64,000 nucleotides of DNA, taken from the IMG/VR virus record IMGVR_UViG_3300046533_001163, one strand, 5' to 3'. This DNA comes from a virus (Duplodnaviria; Heunggongvirae; Uroviricota; Caudoviricetes). Numbering within the stretch: position 1 is the stretch's first letter; the number at the start of each line of letters is the position of its first letter. Position numbers and translations under genes: made by a program. Under the pieces are notes generated by a model. That model saw only the letters and a program-made list of their open reading frames with translations. It had not been told where the DNA came from and made no database searches. This document shows, piece after piece, positions 8,087 through 17,311 of the stretch.

Positions 8087-9709
8087 TTAAATAATTTTTT
8101 GCAACTTAGATGTCATACGCTCTAGTGTAGCAGAACGATCTTTTTTGTCAAGAACAACATTGATAATATACAAATCTTTACTCAATAAAGCTTCAGAGAA
8201 GGCAGAGTCTAATTCTGTTTCGGTGTTAACAAGCCGCCCGACACCACGACCAATAATCTGAGGCAACAAGTGGTACTGCCAATTAGGAATATCGTTAAAA
8301 CTACCGTCAATCAAAAATCGCTCTACCGTATAGCCGCCGTTATTCAGCACAACAATAATAGGATTTAGCTTATTGCTAGCTATCGTTGATATTTCCATTC
8401 CAGTCATCTGAAATGCTCCATCGCCAACCAATACAATCGGTCTAACATCCGGTTTAGCAATCTGAACACCCAGGGCAGCAGGAATAGAGAATCCCATGGA
8501 TGTATAAAATGCCTGTGATAAAAAGTTGTTACTGTGATGAACAACTAGCTCATTAGAGCCGAATAAGCTGTCGCCTATGTCTGCAATTATTGCCATATTC
8601 TTGTCTAAAACAGCATTAATTTTTTCAAATAATCTCTTGACCGTAATTTTCTCATTCTTAGGAGAAAAAACTGCTCTTGTCTTCATTTCGCCAACAATCG
8701 GAATTCGATCAGAAGAAATATTAGACTTAATTAACCCATTAACAAAATCTTGGAAAAGAACATTTTCATAGTAATGATTTCGCACTCCCATTTTTTCAGT
8801 AGTGCAAAATATCGTTCTATCTTTACGAAGAACAGATGGCTTAAATCCAAAGTTAATGTCAGTAATCATCACGCCCAACATAATTAAGCAATCTGATTCC
8901 TCAACCTTTTGCTTAACTTCTGGGCTACTAGCATCCCCACAATAAACACCTATAGATATCGGATGATTTTCATTTGTCAAACTCTTACTCAACATAGTTG
9001 TAGCAATGGGAATATTATACTTTCTAGCAAACTTGGTAATGACTTCGCCCATACCAAATCTAGCTAATTCAATGCCCGCCAAAATTACAGGGTTTTTACT
9101 TGAGTTGATCCAATTAATAGATTCCTGCAAAGCTTCCGCTAAATTTATCTTATCACTCTCTGTAGCTTTAGGAGAGCCGACCGTAAATGCATCATAGCTA
9201 ATAGTTGTGTCCACCATATCTCTGGGGACTTCAATATAAACAGGTTGCTTATGCTGCTTCATGGCCAGAAGCACCCGATCAATTTCATAAGCCGCCATTA
9301 CCGGATTATCTAATACACAAGAAGCGCAGGTCACATGTTTAAAAATCTCAAACTGAGTATCATAAGAACCAACAGCATGATGCAGCGTCATTCCGCCGGC
9401 TCTCTCCTTTTTCCCGGGAGAACCGCTAATAACAACAACCGGAGATTTTTCTGCGAAAGCGCCCCCGATAGAATTTAATAGTTTAAACCCACCGACGCAA
9501 TAAGTGGTGCATACACAGCCAATACCGTTAACTCTGGCATATGCGTCAGCGGCGAACCCAGCGCACTGTTCGTCAGTAGTGCCGATTACAGGAAGAGATT
9601 TAGAAAACTGATTATACAAATTAAGAACGAAATCGCCAGGAACTCCAAAAATATGCTTTACACCACACTCTTTAAGACGAGAAATCAAAAATTGTGCAAC
9701 TGTTGGCAT
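8087..9709 (-). CDS. ThDP-dependent 2-oxo-acid decarboxylase (PDC/IPDC family)
   Basis: FGVPGDF, DEQCAGFAADAYAR, KQPVYIEVPRD, ADIGDS, SMGFSIPAALG, ThDP motif GDGAFQMTGMEIST...NNGGY. Confidence 0.92.
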   Translation of the reverse strand: MPTVAQFLISRLKECGVKHIFGVPGDFVLNLYNQFSKSLPVIGTTDEQCAGFAADAYARVNGIGCVCTTYCVGGFKLLNSIGGAFAEKSPVVVISGSPGKKERAGGMTLHHAVGSYDTQFEIFKHVTCASCVLDNPVMAAYEIDRVLLAMKQHKQPVYIEVPRDMVDTTISYDAFTVGSPKATESDKINLAEALQESINWINSSKNPVILAGIELARFGMGEVITKFARKYNIPIATTMLSKSLTNENHPISIGVYCGDASSPEVKQKVEESDCLIMLGVMITDINFGFKPSVLRKDRTIFCTTEKMGVRNHYYENVLFQDFVNGLIKSNISSDRIPIVGEMKTRAVFSPKNEKITVKRLFEKINAVLDKNMAIIADIGDSLFGSNELVVHHSNNFLSQAFYTSMGFSIPAALGVQIAKPDVRPIVLVGDGAFQMTGMEISTIASNKLNPIIVVLNNGGYTVERFLIDGSFNDIPNWQYHLLPQIIGRGVGRLVNTETELDSAFSEALLSKDLYIINVVLDKKDRSATLERMTSKLQKII

Positions 9710-9720
9710 TATACTCTCTC

Positions 9721-10521
9721 CTATGTAAGAGATTCCGATGTTGGTGATTGTTGAACCTTGATGACAAAACTGCCATCTGTAGGAAACCTACGAACCCATT
9801 CCACGCCTTCGCCAATAAAACATCCATATTCACTAGGAGTAAAACTAGTAAAGCTTGGTGTTGAAATTGATAATGAATTTACCATACTCATAGATGTCGT
9901 CATCTTTAATAACTTAAACTCAAAATTAAAACACCCAGGAACACAAGTATCATTAGAGAGCCATTCATAAACAAGTTGGCTTTTAGTTAAAACATTAGTA
10001 GAAACTGTTCCATCAACCTGAAGCTGATCTTCGTAAGTTAACTCCGTCTGAGCAACAGAATTCAAAACCCTAAATATTTTTAAACAAGTGCCCTTTTTAT
10101 AATCGCCAACTGGTGTACCATTATACCCTCTAAGAACTTGCACCAACTTAAGATTTTCGTCAAACCCAGTAATTAGCATCTGCTCTGGATTACGAACTCT
10201 ACTCACAACTATAATATCGCCAACCAACGCCTGCTGAAAACCAATACCGTCTGCTAAAGCAAAATAAGTGTCTGTAGACGTAATAGCTGATTTAAGCTTC
10301 GCATTCGCCCACATACTCGCTTCTAATACAAGTCCAGTTAAATCTATCGGACCATTACAATCTGAAATAGCAACTTTAAACGGAGGCTTGGTGTCATGCT
10401 GTTTGATCTGGAAATCTGGGCAACTTCCATCACAATTAAACTCATCGGGACACCCGCCATTACAATTAGTTGAACTAGCAAAACTGTTTAAATTACTTGA
10501 ATTACTTTGAGAGCATGTCAT
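9721..10521 (-). CDS. BppU-N-like virion structural protein with Cys-rich N-terminus
   Basis: FQIKQHDTKP...DCNGPIDLTG...LVYEW...DT..PG.F..EFKL resembles the BppU N-terminal family; no SD, AT-rich promoter-like sequence immediately upstream. Confidence 0.5.
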   Translation of the reverse strand: MTCSQSNSSNLNSFASSTNCNGGCPDEFNCDGSCPDFQIKQHDTKPPFKVAISDCNGPIDLTGLVLEASMWANAKLKSAITSTDTYFALADGIGFQQALVGDIIVVSRVRNPEQMLITGFDENLKLVQVLRGYNGTPVGDYKKGTCLKIFRVLNSVAQTELTYEDQLQVDGTVSTNVLTKSQLVYEWLSNDTCVPGCFNFEFKLLKMTTSMSMVNSLSISTPSFTSFTPSEYGCFIGEGVEWVRRFPTDGSFVIKVQQSPTSESLT

Positions 10522-10544
10522 ACCATTATATATCTTGCACTAAA

Positions 10545-11090
10545 TCAAGAAAATAATTCTGGCACTTGCAACTCCATAATCCCTATCTTATCTTTAACCC
10601 AATGAAGGTTGCCGCCATATCTCTCTATTTTAACGCTATGATAAGATTTGCTTAAAAACTCAAAAGTTTTTTTATAGTCTTTAGGCAGACCATAAGGCTT
10701 TTTAGGTGCATATACAATCCGCCGAATGCCACGATCAAGTATGTTTACCACCGAGTCAGGATGAGGAATAGTAGTAATATACAAACTAAACGCAAAAAAA
10801 TTAGTTTCCTTATCAGAAAGCGCTCTTAAAACCTTGATTTCAGCAGGAACGATAAAATCATAAATTTTTGGATTGTCCCAAGACAATTTAAACGGATTGG
10901 CAGCATAAGTTGGGACATCACCTATCGGATAGGTGAAAGCCATAGCTCTTATTTCTTCCTTATCCGCTAAAACAGCTCCAGACTGGCAATAAGGATCTAC
11001 CGATGCCCATGACGCAATTACAGCGTGCATCATCATCCGATGATCTAATGCGACAATATCCCTGGCATTCTTTTCCTGAAACTGAAACAT
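10545..11090 (-). CDS. dCMP/cytidine deaminase-fold protein with degenerate active site
   Basis: S.DP..Q.GAVL, LYITT.P......I...GIRRIVY; HAE has become PAE and PCxxC has become PHPDS. Confidence 0.75.
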   Translation of the reverse strand: MFQFQEKNARDIVALDHRMMMHAVIASWASVDPYCQSGAVLADKEEIRAMAFTYPIGDVPTYAANPFKLSWDNPKIYDFIVPAEIKVLRALSDKETNFFAFSLYITTIPHPDSVVNILDRGIRRIVYAPKKPYGLPKDYKKTFEFLSKSYHSVKIERYGGNLHWVKDKIGIMELQVPELFS

Positions 11091-12256
11091 TATTCCGTCT
11101 TCAGCAGGTAAGACTTAGTTTCTTCCGTAAGCTCTTTAAGCCACTTAACATAGGGCGTTCCACCAGTACCGGTAGGATTATCACACTTTTTCTGGATATA
11201 GTCAACAGCATACCCAAAGTGAATTTCCCGAAATCGGCATAACTGAAGAATGATGTTATTATAAGTAGCTCTTACATACTTGTCAAGTTTATTATTAATA
11301 ATTCCATCTCTGATATTAACCGATGATCCTTCAAGGTGCGAAACAAACCCACGGTGATTCCTGGGCATATACTTTCTCATATCATCAAGATGATGAGTCA
11401 AAATAGACTGCTGATGCTTAACTCCGAAAGCTGCCAATACAGCAGGAACAATAGAACTTTGAGCACCCGTTTCGCCTCTAAAAGACTGCTCTTTTGCACC
11501 ACTAAAGAACGAACAGCTCGGAACATTTTCATACACTACATTTTCAAAACCAAAAATATAAGGTCTAACCTTACGGAAATAAACATCTGGGCTACACTTT
11601 TCTGGCATCCTTTCTAAAACCGTATTAATCCCTTTAAAAGAACTGCATATAACCTCTAGATTCTCGGCAAAGAAATCATCATTTGGCGCTTTACCGCTAT
11701 CAAGAAACTCCGTTAAATTATAAATGCTTTTCAGCAATCTCCCTGCCCTAGCTTCAATTTCAACATGAACTAGAATAAACCAATCTTCATCATAAATATT
11801 ATTAAATTTTTGAATTAACTGAATATTACCAAGCGATATATCAGAATTCTTATCGATTCTCTTCCAGTTGTTCAATGCATAATCAGCATACGACAAAATC
11901 GGCGGTCTACCAACAATCTCTGACAAAGCACAAAGAGGACGAGCAATCGCACTAGGGATATGCTTAACAACTCCAGCTTGGCCGTGCACATAAGCAGATG
12001 CAAAATAAGCATAAATCATCCTAAGTCGGTTTAAAACACCGCGCTCTTTATGCTCTTTAAGAGCCGAATAAGAGATATCGTATATCGGCAAGGTGTCTAG
12101 GGTAATTCTTACCTTACTGGACTGAACATGAGAAGGTAATTCATAGGCCACCTTATCCAAATAACTAAACCCAGAACCACTGGGCAATCGCTCAATCGGG
12201 TCTGGGCTAGCAAGAAATCCTCTGTCTTCATGAACGGTGGGATAAAATTCAGTCAT
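11090..12256 (-). CDS. Indoleamine 2,3-dioxygenase-like heme enzyme
   Basis: RPPILSYADYAL.NW, DEDWFILVH..IE, F...VRPYI, RGETGAQSS, LRRxM-like MRKYMP..HR.F, proximal-His helix FREIH..YA.DYI, GTGGT. Confidence 0.88.
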   Translation of the reverse strand: MTEFYPTVHEDRGFLASPDPIERLPSGSGFSYLDKVAYELPSHVQSSKVRITLDTLPIYDISYSALKEHKERGVLNRLRMIYAYFASAYVHGQAGVVKHIPSAIARPLCALSEIVGRPPILSYADYALNNWKRIDKNSDISLGNIQLIQKFNNIYDEDWFILVHVEIEARAGRLLKSIYNLTEFLDSGKAPNDDFFAENLEVICSSFKGINTVLERMPEKCSPDVYFRKVRPYIFGFENVVYENVPSCSFFSGAKEQSFRGETGAQSSIVPAVLAAFGVKHQQSILTHHLDDMRKYMPRNHRGFVSHLEGSSVNIRDGIINNKLDKYVRATYNNIILQLCRFREIHFGYAVDYIQKKCDNPTGTGGTPYVKWLKELTEETKSYLLKTE

Positions 12257-12645
12257 TGTGATTTAGACCTTAAAAAAGAAGGCGGGGAATTTGCGAGTGA
12301 AACTATACCGTCCATAGCAATATACTTTATTTTTTTTCTTTTGCCGATATACCGAGAAATAGGCCACAAATTGTCAAATTCTACCCAATAATAGCTATCA
12401 TCGGCATACTTCAACAACTTTACAGCGCCGGAATCACCCTGATAAAAATCTGGGGCTAAAATCGCCATCTTATTAAAAAATACTTTATAACAAGACCCTT
12501 TGCACCAACTATAAACAAAAGCACCAAAATTCTCAGCATTAACGCCGTCAATAATTTCTTGCGACCAAAACCCTATATTATGCTTATGAAAAACCTGAAA
12601 CGGGCGCATCGGGAGTGCTACTGGCATTTTACTTTCTCTGACCAA
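12253..12645 (-). CDS. Hypothetical protein
   Basis: 130 aa, overlapping-gene junctions. Confidence 0.55.
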   Translation of the reverse strand: MVRESKMPVALPMRPFQVFHKHNIGFWSQEIIDGVNAENFGAFVYSWCKGSCYKVFFNKMAILAPDFYQGDSGAVKLLKYADDSYYWVEFDNLWPISRYIGKRKKIKYIAMDGIVSLANSPPSFLRSKSQ

Positions 12646-13205
12646 GCATAGTGGGTGCCCTTTTTACAAATAAGATTGATGCTGTTCGGGTTCTTATTAG
12701 AAATAAACCAACTACATTCTTCAAGACTACAATTTCGGTGCTTTCCTGTTGATACTTGAATTTTTTCTTTTATCCTACTAACCTGTTCTGGATATTTCTC
12801 CAACGCATCGCAATAATCAATACGCTTGTCAAAAGCGAACAACTTTTGTTCACTGAATAATCTAATTTTGGCTGAATGTAAATCGCTAAGAACTTCAAAG
12901 TCACAATTCAATTTAGCACTCTTCATAATTCTATCTAAATACTCAATTTTGTCAATAGCTTTATAGAAAAACGTGGCGTACGTTGTTTCACCAGTAAAAT
13001 CTCTAAAACAAGTCAGCAATTCGTACTTTTGATTTTTATAATCACTGTAAAATGGCTGCAATAGGCATAAAAAAACCAAAATGCGCGATTCTTTCTCGCC
13101 TAAATAAATCTCCATCCACTTTTTATCTTCGGGCAGGAAGTCATAATGAAGTGAGTTTTTGGAGTAAATTCTTAAAAATACTAAGTCTTTTTCACTAACA
13201 CGCAT
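12618..13205 (-). CDS. Hypothetical protein
   Basis: 195 aa, C-terminal Cys/His cluster. Confidence 0.6.
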   Translation of the reverse strand: MRVSEKDLVFLRIYSKNSLHYDFLPEDKKWMEIYLGEKESRILVFLCLLQPFYSDYKNQKYELLTCFRDFTGETTYATFFYKAIDKIEYLDRIMKSAKLNCDFEVLSDLHSAKIRLFSEQKLFAFDKRIDYCDALEKYPEQVSRIKEKIQVSTGKHRNCSLEECSWFISNKNPNSINLICKKGTHYAWSEKVKCQ

Positions 13206-13731
13206 CGGCCAGTTCTGGTGTTTTCTTTGTTTCTTTAACCTTAACCATTAATGCAGTCCAATCTAACGGAATTCCAACAACAACATCCAAATAAATCAAA
13301 AGTATTCCGCCGATTCTATTTTGAGGAATCCGCTTTGCCTCACATTCCAGCATCAATTTACGAAGGAGTACCATATCATAGTATTTCCCATCACTAAAAA
13401 GCTCTCCACACAGCCTAAAATCAGGATTTTTATCAGCCATCAACTTAATGGCCTCATAAAACAAATCCACGGCCGTCACAAACTCAATCTGTTCAATAAT
13501 ATCAATTTTTTCTTGGGAAATCAACGCTCGCTGCGGAATAGCTCCGCCGCAATGCCATTTACGCCCTTCAAAAAAGTGCAAAATACATTCCTTCGCATGT
13601 TCATCAATTTCCGCCATTAAGTCAATTACGTTTTGCTCAGCGTCTGTCCATTCATCATCAAAATCGTCATAATCGTCGTCGTTAAAAACAGGGCTTTCGG
13701 AAATCGGCATTTTGTTCTCCGTGATGTTCAA
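13195..13731 (-). CDS. Hypothetical protein with acidic N-terminus
   Basis: 178 aa, in operon. Confidence 0.6.
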   Translation of the reverse strand: MNITENKMPISESPVFNDDDYDDFDDEWTDAEQNVIDLMAEIDEHAKECILHFFEGRKWHCGGAIPQRALISQEKIDIIEQIEFVTAVDLFYEAIKLMADKNPDFRLCGELFSDGKYYDMVLLRKLMLECEAKRIPQNRIGGILLIYLDVVVGIPLDWTALMVKVKETKKTPELADAC

Positions 13732-13791
13732 ATCGTTTACTTAACAATACTCCAAAAATTTCAAAAAGGAAGTAAAATCCATAAATATTTT

Positions 13792-14262
13792 ATGAAATAC
13801 CTACTTGCTGCATTTGTGTGTCTATTCGTTGCCGGTTGCAATGTGTCCCCATTTTCTCCTAATACCAAACAAGAGGTACAAAATCAAGGGGGAAGTATCG
13901 ATGAAATAAAAAACAATACCAATGGTATTATGTCAGAAATTGGAACGATGAAACAAAAATTGGATATTCACGCCAGTAAAATAGGCGAAATCCAAGAGGG
14001 GATTGCAAACCTAAAAGTAAAAATAGGAGGGAATGAAAATAACGGAACACAAATACTGTCCGGTGACGGTGCTCTTTTATCCATATTTGCCATAGCAGTG
14101 ATAGGAATGCTTCTTTTCTACTTCTACAAGGAAAAGAAAATCACTAAGATATTGGCTACAGAAATCAAAAACAGAAACGATGTATCTTTACACGAAGGGG
14201 TGATTCGCGCAGCATCATACACAATGGTTGAAAAAGATGTTTATAATTTATTGTATAAGTAG
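13792..14262 (+). CDS. Lipoprotein with coiled coil and C-proximal TM helix (spanin-like topology)
   Basis: True start ATG 13792 after TAAATA-tttt; lipobox LFVAG-C; heptad region; TM GALLSIFAIAVIGMLLFYFY. Confidence 0.7.
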   Translation: MKYLLAAFVCLFVAGCNVSPFSPNTKQEVQNQGGSIDEIKNNTNGIMSEIGTMKQKLDIHASKIGEIQEGIANLKVKIGGNENNGTQILSGDGALLSIFAIAVIGMLLFYFYKEKKITKILATEIKNRNDVSLHEGVIRAASYTMVEKDVYNLLYK

Positions 14263-14352
14263 ACCATTTAACATAGGCGAAAATACGCCGGTAAGCCAAA
14301 TTACAACAATCAACGAAATAAGAGCGAAAAACCAAATTTTATCTTTTTTCAT
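14248..14352 (-). CDS. 34-aa single-TM peptide (not in ORF track)
   Basis: MKKDKIWFFALISLIVVIWLTGVFSPMLNGLLIQ; AGGAG SD. Confidence 0.6.
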   Translation of the reverse strand: MKKDKIWFFALISLIVVIWLTGVFSPMLNGLLIQ

Positions 14353-14361
14353 AATCCACTC

Positions 14362-14463
14362 CTAGTTAATACGATATAAAATTAAAACACCCACAGCCAA
14401 TGCTGTAAAAACCAAAACTGCTAAAAAAGCAGCCCCCTTCCAATCATCGTCTGGCGATTCCAT
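14362..14463 (-). CDS. 33-aa single-TM peptide (not in ORF track)
   Basis: MESPDDDWKGAAFLAVLVFTALAVGVLILYRIN; AAGGAG SD. Confidence 0.65.
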   Translation of the reverse strand: MESPDDDWKGAAFLAVLVFTALAVGVLILYRIN

Positions 14464-14474
14464 TATCAATCTCC

Positions 14475-14615
14475 TTAGTATCGTTCATCTTCGTAGTCGT
14501 CGTAAGAATCTTCTTCGCACCATCCACAGGTGCACCAATATAATTCATCGCCATTATAATCATACTTGCTAGTGGCAGTAATCTGACAGTTTTTACCACA
14601 ATTAGGGCAAATCAT
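14475..14615 (-). CDS. 46-aa zinc-ribbon protein with acidic tail (not in ORF track)
   Basis: MICPNCGK...WCTCGWCEEDSYDDYEDERY; 4-nt overlap with the upstream gene. Confidence 0.65.
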   Translation of the reverse strand: MICPNCGKNCQITATSKYDYNGDELYWCTCGWCEEDSYDDYEDERY

Positions 14616-14917
14616 ATAATCTCATCTCCAGAAAACATCGGGAAATAACCAGTCATATTAAACTTGGCTCTGTGTTTTTTAAGATCCAAATTCATTTCTT
14701 CTTGGCGGTCTTTTGCATACTGTAACGCTAATTCTACCTTATTTTTAGAAAGGCGAGCAGTATATTGTTCTCTACATAATTCTTGAACGTTCATCCCAGC
14801 CCTATGATTAAACCAAATATGCCATACTGGAACCTCAATAATATGCGGAATACCATTATTGGATTCAACTTTTATAACCATCTGGCCAGAATCATTTTTT
14901 TCTAAGAACTGGGCCAT
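14612..14917 (-). CDS. DUF433-like HTH protein
   Basis: VPVWHI......GMNVQEL..QY..LS...VELALQY. Confidence 0.5.
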   Translation of the reverse strand: MAQFLEKNDSGQMVIKVESNNGIPHIIEVPVWHIWFNHRAGMNVQELCREQYTARLSKNKVELALQYAKDRQEEMNLDLKKHRAKFNMTGYFPMFSGDEII

Positions 14918-14922
14918 TTTGC

Positions 14923-15108
14923 TTACTTCCTATTAGCTGATTTTATAGTAATAGCAGAACATTCTTCGTCGTACCAATGCCTCTCATTAGGACAACCACA
15001 ATGCCAACCTTCTATAATTCCGTCATACCAAAATGGCTTGCAGCCATTAGATTTTGCAATTTTATAAATCAATTTATCGTGTTTGGTTTCTTCGGGCATT
15101 ACTGACAA
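14923..15108 (-). CDS. Hypothetical small Cys/His protein
   Basis: 61 aa in a run of packed small genes. Confidence 0.5.
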   Translation of the reverse strand: MSVMPEETKHDKLIYKIAKSNGCKPFWYDGIIEGWHCGCPNERHWYDEECSAITIKSANRK

Positions 15109-15362
15109 TCCTCGCTAGAATTTTGCATATCCTTAACTGCACTTGCAACATCATCTAAAGATAACCCATATACATCCCAAAGACTTTCCTCTAATGTAAC
15201 TAATCGCTCTAATCTTTCGCTCACACATCCAGTATGATGATATTTAACAACCCCAGGTTCATCTGAATGGCATAATGGAATGGGCCACAAATTAGGGTTT
15301 CCATGAAGACTATTACATGGCTCTCCGCAATAATAGCATGGCTCTTTATGTCCTTCGCTCAT
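15099..15362 (-). CDS. Hypothetical Zn-finger-like protein
   Basis: CYYCGEPC...CH...HHTGC. Confidence 0.55.
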   Translation of the reverse strand: MSEGHKEPCYYCGEPCNSLHGNPNLWPIPLCHSDEPGVVKYHHTGCVSERLERLVTLEESLWDVYGLSLDDVASAVKDMQNSSEDCQ

Positions 15363-15652
15363 TATTTCACCTTAACATAATTGTTATCATCAGAGCAAAC
15401 GGACAAATAATGAATTTCATACTTTCCGTTTTTTCTCTTAAATTTAACCTTATACCAAGGAGTTCCATGTTCATCAATTTCATCAATTAAAACAGGTTTG
15501 CCTCTAGCAATAATTTTATTGAACACTCTTACAGTATCTTTGTGAATACAATATCCTGGCGTACCATGTAGAACTGGCAAAGATACAATCTTAATTGTAT
15601 CGCCGATTTTTAACTTTTTATTCATTACAACATCGCTCCACAAAATGGACAA
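15362..15652 (-). CDS. Hypothetical basic protein
   Basis: 96 aa, overlapping junctions. Confidence 0.55.
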   Translation of the reverse strand: MSILWSDVVMNKKLKIGDTIKIVSLPVLHGTPGYCIHKDTVRVFNKIIARGKPVLIDEIDEHGTPWYKVKFKRKNGKYEIHYLSVCSDDNNYVKVK

Positions 15653-15846
15653 TATTTAATTTTAATAAAACTACTTCCACCATCTAAAACAGGCATGCCC
15701 CAACGATGCTTGCCATGCCACTCAATCCTTACCTCATACTGACACGCGCTCGTAGCTCTTGCGAATCTTTCACAACAAGCAATCCAGCCGCGTTTAGGGG
15801 CCTGCGGAATACCTTCAAGGCATTTACTGCCATCAGGATGCTTCAT
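15625..15846 (-). CDS. Hypothetical protein with C-terminal CPFCG
   Basis: IACC...IKYCPFCG, a common small phage Zn motif. Confidence 0.55.
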   Translation of the reverse strand: MKHPDGSKCLEGIPQAPKRGWIACCERFARATSACQYEVRIEWHGKHRWGMPVLDGGSSFIKIKYCPFCGAML

Positions 15847-15849
15847 AAA

Positions 15850-16157
15850 TCACCCAAGTATGTTCCAGTTAGAGATAAACAAGAAGTTACCATTGTAGCC
15901 ATAGACATCACCGCTGCACTCAATTTTATGACCAACTAACTGACGCAATATATCATCATGAAACGGACTTCCGCCTGGACGACGCATCTCAATATCTCTG
16001 TTGTCAAGGTATCTACTATTTTTGATATTAGCCAAAAAAACAGCATCGCGCTCGGACTTACTGCCAATATCAACCTTTTTAAGAACAACATCTCCGCGGT
16101 ACTGCATCACTGATGATGTCCATACCTCATCGGGATAATAATTACGGCTTCTTGACA
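15850..16157 (-). CDS. Hypothetical protein
   Basis: Start taken as MSRSRNYY (16157) to limit overlap with the upstream gene. Confidence 0.5.
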
Positions 16158-16429
16158 TTTTGATCATACCCCTGCTTAACAGTTTTGAGATATGGGTACC
16201 CGGGACAGTTTCCGCCGTCGCCACAAGGCACACCAAGCATTGAAATGTCTTGGCCGTTTTTCTTGTTCTTGGCTGTGAAATCTTTTACCTTAGCATCAAT
16301 AGATGCTTTTTGACCTGTTAGTTTTAAACAAACGCAGGTCGTGTAATTAATTTCGTCCAAGTACCTACAGGTCTTCGCCCCGCCGTAACGGAGACAGACA
16401 TTCTTAAGCTGTTTTTCGCTAAGAGCCAT
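16142..16429 (-). CDS. Hypothetical Cys-rich protein
   Basis: 95 aa directly downstream of def. Confidence 0.6.
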   Translation of the reverse strand: MALSEKQLKNVCLRYGGAKTCRYLDEINYTTCVCLKLTGQKASIDAKVKDFTAKNKKNGQDISMLGVPCGDGGNCPGYPYLKTVKQGYDQNVKKP

Positions 16430-16431
16430 GC

Positions 16432-16929
16432 TTAATTCCTTGCTTTTGCAGGGGAACCAATTTTGTCAATTGTAATTCCAAAACTATGATCAATCTCATG
16501 GGCATAAACAGCCGCAAAATCTGAGACTACCATATCAACATCTTTCAACACAATTTCATTTTTAGCAATAATTTGCTTACCAATCACTCGGATGCTTTTA
16601 TGACGAGAAACGACGTAAAACTTCAAGTTACCACTGGCATCTTTCAAAGATAAACATCCTTCATAAGATTCATACACTTCTTCGCCCACTGGCTCGTACC
16701 TACAGTTTACCCAATGCGAAAAGCCATGTAAATAGTTTTCTGAAGAAAGACTGTTTTTTATCACAAAAAGATTAAGCGGAATGCCAACTTGTGTTGCGGA
16801 TAATCCAACGCCCTGCTCTTTTACGCACAAAACACTTAGCGCTGTAGCCAGCTTAAAAGCATCAACCAACTTGGTTTCATCAACAGCTTCAGCTAACGGA
16901 ATTTTATCAGGAGCAACCAGCTTATACAT
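16432..16929 (-). CDS. def: Peptide deformylase
   Basis: All three motifs: GVGLSATQVG, EGCLS, HEIDH. Confidence 0.93.
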   Translation of the reverse strand: MYKLVAPDKIPLAEAVDETKLVDAFKLATALSVLCVKEQGVGLSATQVGIPLNLFVIKNSLSSENYLHGFSHWVNCRYEPVGEEVYESYEGCLSLKDASGNLKFYVVSRHKSIRVIGKQIIAKNEIVLKDVDMVVSDFAAVYAHEIDHSFGITIDKIGSPAKARN

Positions 16930-17311
16930 TTTTGCTTCCTAACTTGCCAACAATCTTGTCTACTCGCTCTTTAAACCAAGTGGTTAAAGCAGCAACATTC
17001 ATTCCCTTTGGGATATTCAAGATCACAGTATGCATTTTATCATTTGGCAAAACTTTGTCAAGTAGATTTGCCAAAAATAATTCAATAGCAACACCTTCTT
17101 TTTCAGCCGCAACCTTCAACTTCTGAATAACTGCATCGGCTAAAACCAATCCGTTATTCACAGCCGGGGGCAATCCGTCCATTCCACTACTGCCAACAGC
17201 CCAATTCTCCATAATGGTTTTAGCCATCACAGATGCAGGAACTGCTTCGCCAGCCTGTGCTTTAATAGCATCAAATACTGAATCCTCTACTTTAAACCTT
17301 AACTCTTTCAT
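16922..17311 (-). CDS. Possible tandem ribbon-helix-helix DNA-binding protein
   Basis: LRFKVEDSVFDAIKAQA and LVLADAVIQKLKVAAEKEG segments. Confidence 0.35.
   Translation of the reverse strand: MKELRFKVEDSVFDAIKAQAGEAVPASVMAKTIMENWAVGSSGMDGLPPAVNNGLVLADAVIQKLKVAAEKEGVAIELFLANLLDKVLPNDKMHTVILNIPKGMNVAALTTWFKERVDKIVGKLGSKNV

Noticed and set aside
13633-13791. N-terminal extension of the 209-aa ORF
   Set aside because: Antisense to 13195-13731; the lipoprotein signal and late promoter define ATG 13792.
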